IMG/VR virus record: IMGVR_UViG_3300045988_151198
Source: a virus
DNA: 64,000 nucleotides
Reading direction: 5' to 3' (one strand)
The position numbers and the translations under genes were made by a program. Shown here in pieces: positions 1 to 8,485 of the stretch. Under the pieces are notes generated by a model. The model did not search any database. It worked only from the letters and a program-made list of their open reading frames with translations, and was not told the origin of the DNA. Numbering within the stretch: the stretch's first letter is position 1; each line of letters starts with the position of its first letter.

Positions 1-52
1 CTCAAGCTGTACCGTGCTCAAGCTGTACCGTGCTCAAGCTGTACCGTGCTCA
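1..52. repeat. tandem direct repeat, 16-bp unit CTCAAGCTGTACCGTG in about 3.3 copies at the window edge
   Basis: Direct reading: ctcaagctgtaccgtg repeated three times, then ctcaagc. Confidence 0.8.
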
Positions 53-205
53 AGCACAAAGACGCCTTTCTTTATACCACAAGATACAAGACCCCCTTTA
101 TAGAATATCTGATACAGATATAGCAAAAGAGCCCTTGCATCATGTGATACAAAGAAACAGCCAAGAGGCGGAAGGGTATATCCCTTCCGCCTTTAACTAT
201 CTGAA

Positions 206-928
206 TTAATGCAATTTAAATAAAACGTGTTGCTTTTCCATACAAAGAGTACACTCATCTCCACAGTGTACCGGGGCGTAGCCCTCGCGTCCATATGGGC
301 AGATAGGATAGCCGAATATTTGACTTTTTTCCTGAATATAGGCTTCATCCCCGAAGTTGATAGATCCATCCGGCAACACAGATTCAACCATGTTCACATT
401 GGGAAGCGCCACAAATTCCGAAAAGTCAAAAATATTTGACACTTTCGTATAAAAGTAGAAACGCTTTTCCGGGAATTTATCAGCTATCCGTTTCCACATA
501 TTGACATACGCTTGAGAAACAAAATCCCCAGAGGAATGAATACGCACGAATGGACGTGAGGATTTTTTCAATGAATCCGATGTTATACGTTCAAGACACG
601 CAAGATCATTGAAGGCAAGATATGTGTGAAAGAGTCTTTTGTTATAAGTTAGGGTATATTGCCGTTGCGCTTTCCGAGCATAACAGGATCCCGCACAATC
701 GGCGCAATTCAAACACGTATCAACAGCAAGCAAGTCAAATATAAGGATATTTTTCGCAAGTTTGGAATTGCCCTTAGCAAACGGATCTCTTATAAAAACA
801 CCTAAGTCCTGAATATAGTTTTTCCTATCAGGTGTTTTTTCATGATAAGAACGCATTCCCTTGCATTCTTTGATCATTCGCAAGGTGTTAACAGGAGAAA
901 ACCGTCTGCCGAAAAATCCCTTTTCCAT
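206..928 (-). CDS. Cys-rich putative Fe-S protein (C-x2-C-x2-C-x3-C-YA plus a C-terminal Cys cluster); possibly the phage Gp37/Gp68 (DUF5131)-like family
   Basis: 240-aa ORF; motif CLNCADCAGSCYA; C-terminal CPYG...HCGDECTLC; conserved RBS AAGAGGTTTTATC immediately upstream of the ATG. Confidence 0.4.
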   Translation of the reverse strand: MEKGFFGRRFSPVNTLRMIKECKGMRSYHEKTPDRKNYIQDLGVFIRDPFAKGNSKLAKNILIFDLLAVDTCLNCADCAGSCYARKAQRQYTLTYNKRLFHTYLAFNDLACLERITSDSLKKSSRPFVRIHSSGDFVSQAYVNMWKRIADKFPEKRFYFYTKVSNIFDFSEFVALPNVNMVESVLPDGSINFGDEAYIQEKSQIFGYPICPYGREGYAPVHCGDECTLCMEKQHVLFKLH

Positions 929-1024
929 GATAAAACCTCTTTTTTCAAAATTTAAAAGGTTATTGATAACGAGTCCGGTTTAAAGAAGGGGAGAGTAAAC
1001 CCCCCCCTTCTTTATCGGGATTCA

Positions 1025-1303
1025 TTATAGATCTTCAATCATGGCGTCAAGAGCTGAAAAAGCGTCGTCCCGCTCATGACACGCGACATCAAAAGCCGCG
1101 TCCGCTTCCTCAAGTTCCTTGCGGGCTGCGATAGCCCTATCCTTTGAAGCGTCTACATTACGCAAGGATTTTTGATAGACGGTATAAGCTTCCGTCAAGG
1201 CATTAATTTTTTGGATAGCCCAATCTTCCCCAAATAAACCCCTCGCACAATCCTTCATGATACCATCGATTTTAGCCATAACAAAATCAGCGTAGACAAT
1301 CAT
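1025..1303 (-). CDS. hypothetical protein
   Basis: 92-aa ORF with RBS AAAGGAGTTTTATAGT-ATG. Confidence 0.4.
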   Translation of the reverse strand: MIVYADFVMAKIDGIMKDCARGLFGEDWAIQKINALTEAYTVYQKSLRNVDASKDRAIAARKELEEADAAFDVACHERDDAFSALDAMIEDL

Positions 1304-1318
1304 ACTATAAAACTCCTT

Positions 1319-1585
1319 TTAATACCAGTCCGGAAAGACGGGCTCTTTTTCGACAATAACGAAAATACTATATTTTTCGTCCCACGTTGCCGCATGGTGA
1401 TAGCCTGGTGACTGCCAGCCTTTAGGAGCATTCTTTGCACGGCTTATCTTTACGCTAGTTAAGCCTACGCAAGAATTACCGTCCATACGTTCACACGCAT
1501 TCACGATATCGCCACCTTTAAACCCCGCAGGGATGCCACCGTCCACACGAAAGACAGAACCATCCTTTAGATCTCGAATGAACAT
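1319..1585 (-). CDS. hypothetical protein
   Basis: 88-aa ORF with RBS AAAGAGGTTTCTACT-ATG. Confidence 0.4.
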   Translation of the reverse strand: MFIRDLKDGSVFRVDGGIPAGFKGGDIVNACERMDGNSCVGLTSVKISRAKNAPKGWQSPGYHHAATWDEKYSIFVIVEKEPVFPDWY

Positions 1586-1740
1586 AGTAGAAACCTCTTT
1601 TTAGATGTCTAGGAATATTCCCCGTTGCCAACAAAGACACAATACAAAAATTACAAAACCACGTCAATACTTTTTCATGTAGAAAATCATATTGACGTGG
1701 TTTTGTAATTGAATAATTGACTTACTTATTGAAAATTGAA

Positions 1741-2724
1741 TTAATCCACAAGGTTATATGGAACCACGTCCCCGTCATTCGCTTTAAACAGGGTAGCCTT
1801 GCTGGTTGCGATATAGTACTGCGGGTACGCAACGCCATTCGTGACTTGAATCTTTTTTCTTATAAATCCCTTGGGACTAAATCCGCCGTTCTTCTTTGCC
1901 TTTTCTCTGATATCGGCTATAGCACTTGCCGTCATCCCCTGAATTTTTCCTGTTCCGGAAAAAGGATTTTCAGGATCTGGCTGGTATGGTATTTGCTTCA
2001 TGATAGCGCACTTCCCAGAATCGGAGAATCCGACTATCTGGAAAATGTGGGGAATGGTCATATTGTATCCCCATGATCCTGCAAAAATGTCGCCTACGCG
2101 TAGATCAGGAAGAACGTCATCAAGACTAGGAACCGTTTCTATATCACTGAATTTATATATAGATTCTACCTTATGCCCATAGTAAACGTCTGCAATATCC
2201 TTAGCGATCTCCTTTTTGCGCTTTTCAAAATACGCTCCAACACCTTGCTTTATCTCGTATTTCATAGCAAGATCAAGAATATCATACAAAACATCAATTG
2301 CCCCGGCCTCTTGGCAATTCGGGCATTCGATGTTCAGGAACGGCAAAAGAGGAGCAATCCAGTCATCAAGACAAGCGTCCCCGTCCATGTCGATCAGAAA
2401 AGTCAAGCGATTCATAAGCTTGTCGGACACGGCTTTTGCCCCTGCCTCATCCCAGAACGCAAAATCAAGAATATCTACAAAAGACACCTTTTCACTCTTT
2501 CGAGTATCATAGCTAAAAACGGTATAGGTTTCCCTATCGTCGCTTGCCTTCTTCACGACGCAAGCACGGTGCAAGTAATAGACGGGGGAACCGTGCTCAA
2601 GACGAAAATTAACATCCGCATAAACACCACGAAAAAGAAAATCGGCCCCTTTTTCTGTGATCATGCGGTTGTAAAAATCCCGGACGTAAGACTTAGGGGC
2701 CTTGATGGATACGTAGCTTCTCAT
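1741..2724 (-). CDS. hypothetical protein (327 aa)
   Basis: Long ORF preceded by the conserved RBS AAAGAGGTTATCAAA-ATG. Confidence 0.5.
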   Translation of the reverse strand: MRSYVSIKAPKSYVRDFYNRMITEKGADFLFRGVYADVNFRLEHGSPVYYLHRACVVKKASDDRETYTVFSYDTRKSEKVSFVDILDFAFWDEAGAKAVSDKLMNRLTFLIDMDGDACLDDWIAPLLPFLNIECPNCQEAGAIDVLYDILDLAMKYEIKQGVGAYFEKRKKEIAKDIADVYYGHKVESIYKFSDIETVPSLDDVLPDLRVGDIFAGSWGYNMTIPHIFQIVGFSDSGKCAIMKQIPYQPDPENPFSGTGKIQGMTASAIADIREKAKKNGGFSPKGFIRKKIQVTNGVAYPQYYIATSKATLFKANDGDVVPYNLVD

Positions 2725-2770
2725 TTTGATAACCTCTTTAAATTTAACAGGATATGAAAAGAATTTTTAG

Positions 2771-3127
2771 TTAGATCCCGTGATACTTGCAAGCGTTCAA
2801 GTACCAATTTAGAAAGTACTTTTCTTGTACCGTAGGAGGCGTGATCATGTCAAGAAATTTTTTCGGGCAAGCGTAATCAAAAGGCCCCATTTCCAGCGGG
2901 ATAAACCTTGTTGTAACTTCCCGCAAGCTACTGTAAAAGCTTTTCTTTGCTGTAGCCTTTACCACGATGCCGCGAACTTCCCCTTTTTCACAATATGCTA
3001 CGAAAATAGTCGATAATGCGCAGTTGGATACATAAAGAACTTTATCCCCGCTCATTTGGAACAGGATATCCGCTTTTACGGCCTTGGCTCTGGTATCCGC
3101 TACGATGTTCGATACTGTCCAGCACAT
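2771..3127 (-). CDS. hypothetical protein; start placed at the internal ATG 3127, which carries the conserved RBS
   Basis: The track ORF is 2771..3154; the ATG at 3127 is preceded by AAAGAGGTTTTATC. Confidence 0.4.
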   Translation of the reverse strand: MCWTVSNIVADTRAKAVKADILFQMSGDKVLYVSNCALSTIFVAYCEKGEVRGIVVKATAKKSFYSSLREVTTRFIPLEMGPFDYACPKKFLDMITPPTVQEKYFLNWYLNACKYHGI

Positions 3128-3224
3128 GATAAAACCTCTTTTGTTAAAGACCATTTTTGAAAAGTTCCTGCATCATTCTAAAGAAGGGTATATACCCTTC
3201 TTTTATCAGAGTCAAGAGCTTTTT

Positions 3225-3542
3225 TTAATAATTCTGAATCACAATTCCGCCGGATTTAAGCGGGATAACAATAGTTCGTTCTTGAAGAAGGCTAATGATA
3301 TCCCTATCCTCCATGCCTTCAACGTCAAGAAACATATCTTCGGCGCAATCCTGCGGGCTATCATATTCCGTAAAATCACAGCAGATAGCGATAACGTCCA
3401 GTTCAACAAGTTCCCCGGTTTCATCCTCAAGTTCTTCAAAGAATTCAAACAGGGCTTCAAGAGCGGCGGGGGAAAATTGATCGTCGCGCCCGTGGTCGTT
3501 AAAGTCTTCTATGAAGTCGGAAAGATAAATACGCTTGTGCAT
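3225..3542 (-). CDS. small highly acidic protein; hypothetical, possibly a DNA-mimic or anti-restriction-like protein
   Basis: 105 aa, rich in D/E/F (ALEALFEFFEELEDETGELVELD); RBS AAAGAGGTTATTATC-ATG. Confidence 0.4.
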   Translation of the reverse strand: MHKRIYLSDFIEDFNDHGRDDQFSPAALEALFEFFEELEDETGELVELDVIAICCDFTEYDSPQDCAEDMFLDVEGMEDRDIISLLQERTIVIPLKSGGIVIQNY

Positions 3543-3589
3543 GATAATAACCTCTTTATGTAGTTAAAGTGTTGTTGTGTTGAAATTGA

Positions 3590-3616
3590 CCCTAGACTAA
3601 AAAGGACTTACTGTCA
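3590..3616 (-). promoter_or_regulatory. sigma70-like early promoter TTGACAG-N17-TAGGGT on the minus strand
   Basis: Minus strand reads TTGACAgtaagtcctttttagtcTAGGGT upstream of the gene that starts at 3542. Confidence 0.5.
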
Positions 3617-4007
3617 ACAGGAGCTTTTTACCCGCCTTAAGTTGTCCTACGGAAACTATGACCTTAATCGCGGCGGCGGCCTGACTTACGGCACGAGCTT
3701 CAACGTCAAGCCAAGATTCGTGTAAGTTAGGTTCAAGTTCCCCGCCGCGTTTCTTGTGAAGCTCGGACGGCGTGCACAACCTTTCAGCAATTGCGCAGTC
3801 ATACACAAGCCCACACCCGCCGTAAGCCCATTCCTTCCACGACCCCGCGCCGTTAAGAAGAACCCCACGGCAATTTTCAGGGTTAAGATCCTGAAAATCG
3901 GGTAAATCTTCGATAAGGTCCATAGCGTACTGCCGAACTCCCCTACGCCATGCGGAACGTTCGGCAGGAAGGGATTCAATAACATTTTTGATATCGATAA
4001 TTTTCAT
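3597..4007 (-). CDS. hypothetical protein (136 aa)
   Basis: ORF with RBS AAAGAGGTTATCACC-ATG. Confidence 0.45.
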   Translation of the reverse strand: MKIIDIKNVIESLPAERSAWRRGVRQYAMDLIEDLPDFQDLNPENCRGVLLNGAGSWKEWAYGGCGLVYDCAIAERLCTPSELHKKRGGELEPNLHESWLDVEARAVSQAAAAIKVIVSVGQLKAGKKLLLTVSPF

Positions 4008-4048
4008 GGTGATAACCTCTTTTCGTTTAGATTGTTTCCTTAAAAATG

Positions 4049-4077
4049 ACTTTACGTGATATGCATCCCCCTGTCAA
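4049..4077 (-). promoter_or_regulatory. sigma70-like early promoter TTGACAG-N17-TAAAGT on the minus strand
   Basis: Minus strand reads TTGACAgggggatgcatatcacgTAAAGT, preceded by an A6/T6 AT-rich tract. Confidence 0.5.
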
Positions 4078-4258
4078 CAAAAAATCTTGATTTTTTAGAA
4101 AAAGATTCTAGCGAAAAAAGGGGAGATCACCACGGCGGCAAAGATAGCCGTGAGCGCGACGCGGGATATCGCGGCGCTTGCCTTGCGCTTGAAAGACAGC
4201 TTGCTGATAGCAGATCCTTTGTACATGCCGAGTTCCCCCCCCCCTTTTTTTCCGAGTG

Positions 4259-4588
4259 CTACAGGTAAGATACAGCGGAATGAATCGCGGTAAAGACTAC
4301 GCAAGGCAACGCCATGATTCCGCACACGCTAAGAACAGAGTTGAGGAACCCGAGGAAATTCGTATTCTCGGAGACCCCGATAATGCGCCGCATGACTTCC
4401 GATATACTCTTTCCGGTAATGCCTCTAAGACCACCACCGCCAACCACGACATAGACGCGAGACTTGACGCCCACGCGCCGGGCCTCAATGCGGACGCCTG
4501 TCTTTTTCAGGGTAAGGTTAGCAAAAGCAAGGGACTTAGCATCAAAAGACGCGGAAAGGTAAATACGGCAAGCGGTAGTAAGCTTCAT
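4259..4588 (-). CDS. hypothetical protein (109 aa)
   Basis: ORF with RBS AAAGAGGTTATCAAG-ATG. Confidence 0.4.
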   Translation of the reverse strand: MKLTTACRIYLSASFDAKSLAFANLTLKKTGVRIEARRVGVKSRVYVVVGGGGLRGITGKSISEVMRRIIGVSENTNFLGFLNSVLSVCGIMALPCVVFTAIHSAVSYL

Positions 4589-4632
4589 CTTGATAACCTC
4601 TTTTGTTGAAATTTTCCTGAACCGTTGAAAAG

Positions 4633-4662
4633 ACTCTATCTGTATCGGCGTCCGTTGTCAAG
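4633..4662 (-). promoter_or_regulatory. sigma70-like early promoter TTGACA-N17-TAGAGT on the minus strand
   Basis: Minus strand reads TTGACAacggacgccgatacagaTAGAGT followed by the conserved leader GTCTTTTCAACGG. Confidence 0.55.
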
Positions 4663-4980
4663 CGGAGTTTTACGAAAAAATTCAATATATCTTTTCCGGA
4701 CGATACGGAAATAACTTTCATCCTCGCAACAAATAGCGGACGCTACGAAACGCCAAAAAGCTACGATAGTATCAACTCTTTCAGCAATGACGGGATCAAA
4801 CCGGGCAACGTCGTTTTTAATAGACATTCCAGCGGTTTTAGCGTATTCCCGCGCAAGTTCATGCGCCGTATCGATATCATAGAGCCCCCAACGCGACATG
4901 AAAGCTACTGGCATCATGAAGCCTTCCCTTTCTTGAATCCTACGAATCATAACCCTAATAATCCTATGAAAATTCTTCAT
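4636..4980 (-). CDS. hypothetical protein; start placed at the internal ATG 4980
   Basis: The track ORF 4636..5064 overlaps the next gene; the ATG at 4980 is preceded by AAAGGATTGTCGAAT. Confidence 0.35.
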   Translation of the reverse strand: MKNFHRIIRVMIRRIQEREGFMMPVAFMSRWGLYDIDTAHELAREYAKTAGMSIKNDVARFDPVIAERVDTIVAFWRFVASAICCEDESYFRIVRKRYIEFFRKTPLDNGRRYR

Positions 4981-5005
4981 ATTCGACAATCCTTTAGGAT
5001 TAAGG

Positions 5006-5299
5006 TTAGAAAGAAGGCATCTTGACAGAAAAGCCCGCACCGTGGGCAAGTAGGTTGAAGTCAAGGTTCTTTTCCCCGGTGAAGTCTTTCCTATCTTTCA
5101 CCTTCCGAAAAATGACTTGTGGCTCTTGAGTATCCTTGTACTTGAAAAAGCGAACGTCAGAACACAAAACATAGTAAGTAATGGTCTTGTCACTGAAAAC
5201 CATATCAAAAAATCCAGAGACATAATAGAAATGTTTCTTGATAGCGATATTGGAACCGCCAACAGCCTTAATAATTTGACGGATGGAAGCTGACCTCAT
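5006..5299 (-). CDS. hypothetical protein (97 aa)
   Basis: ORF with RBS AAAGAGGTTATCGC-ATG. Confidence 0.4.
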   Translation of the reverse strand: MRSASIRQIIKAVGGSNIAIKKHFYYVSGFFDMVFSDKTITYYVLCSDVRFFKYKDTQEPQVIFRKVKDRKDFTGEKNLDFNLLAHGAGFSVKMPSF

Positions 5300-5340
5300 G
5301 CGATAACCTCTTTTTGTGGTTTGTGTGAGCCCGTAAGATC

Positions 5341-5369
5341 AATCTACTCCTGCGGGTTCACACTGTCAA
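5341..5369 (-). promoter_or_regulatory. sigma70-like early promoter TTGACAG-N17-TAGATT on the minus strand
   Basis: Minus strand reads TTGACAgtgtgaacccgcaggagTAGATT. Confidence 0.55.
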
Positions 5370-5378
5370 GCGATTTTT

Positions 5379-6536
5379 CTACAGGATGAAAGAGACTCTT
5401 TCAAGTCGGCACTGGCTCTTGCCTTTGTAGTCGTCATGAGCCTTGACTTTCGCTTTTTTGATAGTATACGTGCCGCCTCTCTCGACATCGGGAAAAGCGG
5501 AAGTTTTCCACACAAAAGGAATGCCCGCGCTTGACTTCATGATGAAGATATGCTGTGCACCGTACATACCTTCAAACGTGAATATCTTTTCAATGGTGAC
5601 TTCCTCATTAGCAATAACCGTGCCAATGGCGGGAAATTCCACGGTAGATTTTTCTTCCGTCTTTTCCACAACAACCTTTTCCTCTGTCTTTTCGGACTCG
5701 AAAGCCTTGCGGATATCAGCAAGAGCGCCGCGAATCCCCGCCGCGATAAAGCCGAACACACGCTTTTCGCAGCGCTCGGAACTCATAACGCGAAAAACGT
5801 TTTCCTGATATTCTCCCCTGCGATCGGAATTTTTAATAAATTCGATAGCTTTCATAGCTTTTTCGGTATGCTCCGCTGTAACGGTAAAATCGTAATCACG
5901 AGGGAAAGAGCGATAATGTTCGTCAACAAAATCCATGATCTTTGAAGCTGTGCTTCCCGGCGTGTTAGACTTCACAAAACCGAAATCGGAGATCAGCTTA
6001 ACAGCTATGGCGCAGATCTCCACGGTAGCATAATGCGGAGAGCTCGCATAATGTCCATCGTCATCAGAATCCCCAAGGATTCCGGAATTTTCCGCGAAAA
6101 ATTCGAGCGCGCCCGCTTCCTTTCCCAGAAAATCGATAATGCAGGACGTTCCCACCTGAATAATCTTTCCGGCGGCGTCGGAAAGCAGGATGGTCTTAGA
6201 ACGCTTTCTTTTCGTCCCGCAGTGATCACAGATCTTACGGTCGGCAAAAGGAGTCAGATCAACATCTTCCGTAAAAAGAGGGTTACGGAAGATAAGGCCG
6301 CCGCTTGCATGGTCGACCACGGCAGCAAAAGTATAGCCTGAAATCGCGGGATATACGCCATCAATATGGAACTCCACAAAATCCTCATATTCGTAAGTCC
6401 CTTCCGTCCTTACGGAAAATTCACGTTCAACCATGATAGAGAAAGCAGGAGCAAGCCCACGCTTTTCAGCGCGGCGGTTCAGACTTTCGACCTTATCAAC
6501 AATCTTAGCGAACGTAGACTTGTGGCGGATAGGCAT
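5379..6536 (-). CDS. hypothetical protein (about 385 aa); start placed at ATG 6536, which carries the conserved RBS
   Basis: Track ORF is 5379..6569; the ATG at 6536 (MPIRHK...) is preceded by AAGAGGTTATACGTC; no recognisable motifs. Confidence 0.5.
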   Translation of the reverse strand: MPIRHKSTFAKIVDKVESLNRRAEKRGLAPAFSIMVEREFSVRTEGTYEYEDFVEFHIDGVYPAISGYTFAAVVDHASGGLIFRNPLFTEDVDLTPFADRKICDHCGTKRKRSKTILLSDAAGKIIQVGTSCIIDFLGKEAGALEFFAENSGILGDSDDDGHYASSPHYATVEICAIAVKLISDFGFVKSNTPGSTASKIMDFVDEHYRSFPRDYDFTVTAEHTEKAMKAIEFIKNSDRRGEYQENVFRVMSSERCEKRVFGFIAAGIRGALADIRKAFESEKTEEKVVVEKTEEKSTVEFPAIGTVIANEEVTIEKIFTFEGMYGAQHIFIMKSSAGIPFVWKTSAFPDVERGGTYTIKKAKVKAHDDYKGKSQCRLERVSFIL

Positions 6537-6560
6537 GACGTATAACCTCTTATAGTAAAA

Positions 6561-6629
6561 GACATTCATAGATTCCGATAAACCTTTTCCCTTGCCGTTG
6601 AAAAGACTTTATCGGAATCTATGAATGTC
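6561..6629 (-). terminator. perfect 21-bp inverted repeat (GACATTCATAGATTCCGATAA / TTATCGGAATCTATGAATGTC) with a 27-nt loop, followed on the minus strand by a U-run; likely terminator for the upstream leftward gene
   Basis: The two arms at 6561..6581 and 6609..6629 are exact reverse complements; TTTTACTATA follows on the minus strand. Confidence 0.5.
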
Positions 6630-6651
6630 GTCAAGAAATTTTTCTTTGTTT

Positions 6652-6960
6652 TCAAGGTAACAGCTCGCCTAAAATCGCGGCGCTAAGGCGCTTGGCAGAG
6701 TTGACACGGTGCCCCTCAAATTTACTATCTACTAAAGGAACTTCCCGCACTAAGATATAACGTAGAATGGGGATGATGGCGTCTTCCTCTGCCCTGGAAA
6801 GGCTCACCTCGCAAGTTCTTTTCACACTAGAAACATCCTTCACTTTTTCCGCTATAGAAAGTAAAATAGCTCCGCTACCGTCATATCTGAAAATAGCGTT
6901 TAAGTTGGCGACTTCACCTAAAAAATTTCTTTCCTCTGGAGTAAGCTCTACAGACTTCAT
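6652..6960 (-). CDS. hypothetical protein (102 aa)
   Basis: ORF with RBS AAAGGAGATATTTTT-ATG. Confidence 0.4.
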   Translation of the reverse strand: MKSVELTPEERNFLGEVANLNAIFRYDGSGAILLSIAEKVKDVSSVKRTCEVSLSRAEEDAIIPILRYILVREVPLVDSKFEGHRVNSAKRLSAAILGELLP

Positions 6961-6981
6961 AAAAATATCTCCTTTATTTTG

Positions 6982-7380
6982 TTATCCCCTATATTCCATA
7001 CAGACAACGGGACCTTCCTCAACCAATTCAAACCCTTCACTAGCATAAAAAGCAATGAGGGCTTCAAGGTCCATGCCGTCAGAGTCGGGAACCGCCGCAA
7101 GCTTCAAAGGGAGGTGCGGAAATTCCGCCTTTGCATAGGCTATGGCGGCTCTAAGCAACGCCCTTCCATGCCCTTGACGCCGATACTCGGGGATCACATC
7201 AAGGCCGCTTATCAGTACGTAAGGCACTTCATTGTAACCCTCCGGATTTTCCGGAGAACAAGGGACATCAATAAACTCGATATCATGCGACAAGGTACAG
7301 ACGCCGAACGAGGACTTAAAGATAATGCCCACACGCTTGTCTACGGTGATAGTGATCTGACTCATAATAAATTCCTCCAT
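6982..7380 (-). CDS. GNAT-family N-acetyltransferase
   Basis: Motif RRQGHGRALLRAAIAYAK matches the acetyl-CoA-binding motif A of GNAT enzymes; size is consistent with the family. Confidence 0.65.
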   Translation of the reverse strand: MEEFIMSQITITVDKRVGIIFKSSFGVCTLSHDIEFIDVPCSPENPEGYNEVPYVLISGLDVIPEYRRQGHGRALLRAAIAYAKAEFPHLPLKLAAVPDSDGMDLEALIAFYASEGFELVEEGPVVCMEYRG

Positions 7381-7397
7381 ACGATTCGTTTAAAGAG

Positions 7398-7426
7398 ACT
7401 CTACGCAACTCCTAAATCACTGTCAA
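7398..7426 (-). promoter_or_regulatory. sigma70-like early promoter TTGACAG-N17-TAGAGT on the minus strand
   Basis: Minus strand reads TTGACAgtgatttaggagttgcgTAGAGT upstream of the GNAT gene. Confidence 0.55.
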
Positions 7427-7570
7427 CAACTTTTTTTACTCAATCGGGAGGCGCGAGCAATATATAAGGTATTGCAAGTATCATGCCATAATATCAGTAT
7501 AGATATTCTACGGTGGTTCCGATGGTCCTAAGTCAATGATACCTAATGACATCTATTACACATGATGACA

Positions 7571-7625
7571 CTCCTTTGACTGCTGTTGACGGTCGTTGAC
7601 GCTTGCTGACGGCTGTTTACGACCG
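7571..7625. repeat. five TTGAC-like elements phased exactly 10 bp apart (TTTGAC, TGTTGAC, GTTGAC, GCTGAC, GTTTAC) in the divergent region upstream of terS
   Basis: Direct reading of ctttgactgctgttgacggtcgttgacgcttgctgacggctgtttac. Confidence 0.7.
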
Positions 7626-7890
7626 TACGCGGGGATTTTCAACGATTGTTCAAGAAATAACTATCAATACAATCAACTACTTACAACTTGGCATAAGTCT
7701 TGCATAGCTTGAGAATGGTTGGGGATTCTCCAATCATTTCAAGTATATGGGAGGGGGTAGTGTTAAAGTGTACCGTATTCCGGTATATAGTACCGTCGTT
7801 GACTCAAAAAAACATTTTTTTCGATTTCTGAGCTTTTATCCGGTTGTAATTATTCATGTAAATTTTTTAAACGAAATTTTAATAAAACTA

Positions 7891-7919
7891 TTGACAAAAA
7901 ATCGTTTATGGATTAAGAT
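7891..7919 (+). promoter_or_regulatory. sigma70-like promoter TTGACA-N17-TAAGAT upstream of terS
   Basis: TTGACA at 7891..7896 and TAAGAT at 7914..7919; RBS AAGGAG at 7942..7947. Confidence 0.5.
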
Positions 7920-7954
7920 TTTTACTAAATTTAATATAAAAAAGGAGAAAAACA

Positions 7955-8425
7955 TTGCGACGCCAAACAAAATCCATCGAAGCGCATAAGCAAGATGGTA
8001 CATACAATTCTACGAAGCATGGAGTGGACGTTCCATTGGCGGAAGGACCGCTGAGGAAAATCAATTGGGACAAGATGTCCTCGGAAGACATTTATACTAC
8101 GATTGCTGATGTTATCGCGCAGAAGGGACTTGACCATGCTGAATACTCTCTGGCTTTGGAACTCTTAGTTTATGCGGTGAATAGGATGCTTAAACTCCGC
8201 AGGGATCTGAAATCCCAAGGCGGAGAGACATATATTACCCCGACAGGTATTCGGAAAAACAATCCTACAGCGAAACTTGTTATGGAAGCAGAGAAGCAAG
8301 TTGATACGCTCCTGCAAAGGTTTGGGCTTACTCCGGATTCTCGTAGTCGAGTAGCTAGGAAGAAGGGAGAACTTAATCTAGGGAGTGAAGATTCTTTCGG
8401 ATCTCCGGAAGGTTTCTTCAATTAA
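7955..8425 (+). CDS. terS: phage terminase small subunit, P27 family (TTG start)
   Basis: Family hallmark motif ...QRFGLTPDSRSRV... plus the upstream pattern (G..K.NP); RBS AAGGAG precedes the TTG. Confidence 0.7.
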   Translation: MRRQTKSIEAHKQDGTYNSTKHGVDVPLAEGPLRKINWDKMSSEDIYTTIADVIAQKGLDHAEYSLALELLVYAVNRMLKLRRDLKSQGGETYITPTGIRKNNPTAKLVMEAEKQVDTLLQRFGLTPDSRSRVARKKGELNLGSEDSFGSPEGFFN

Positions 8426-8457
8426 ACCAATAATTTAAAAATATTTAAAAAAAGTAG

Positions 8458-8485
8458 TTGACAAGTATAAAAATCTAAGTATAAT
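8458..8485 (+). promoter_or_regulatory. near-consensus promoter TTGACA-N16-TATAAT driving the first tRNA cluster
   Basis: TTGACA at 8458..8463 and TATAAT at 8480..8485. Confidence 0.65.
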
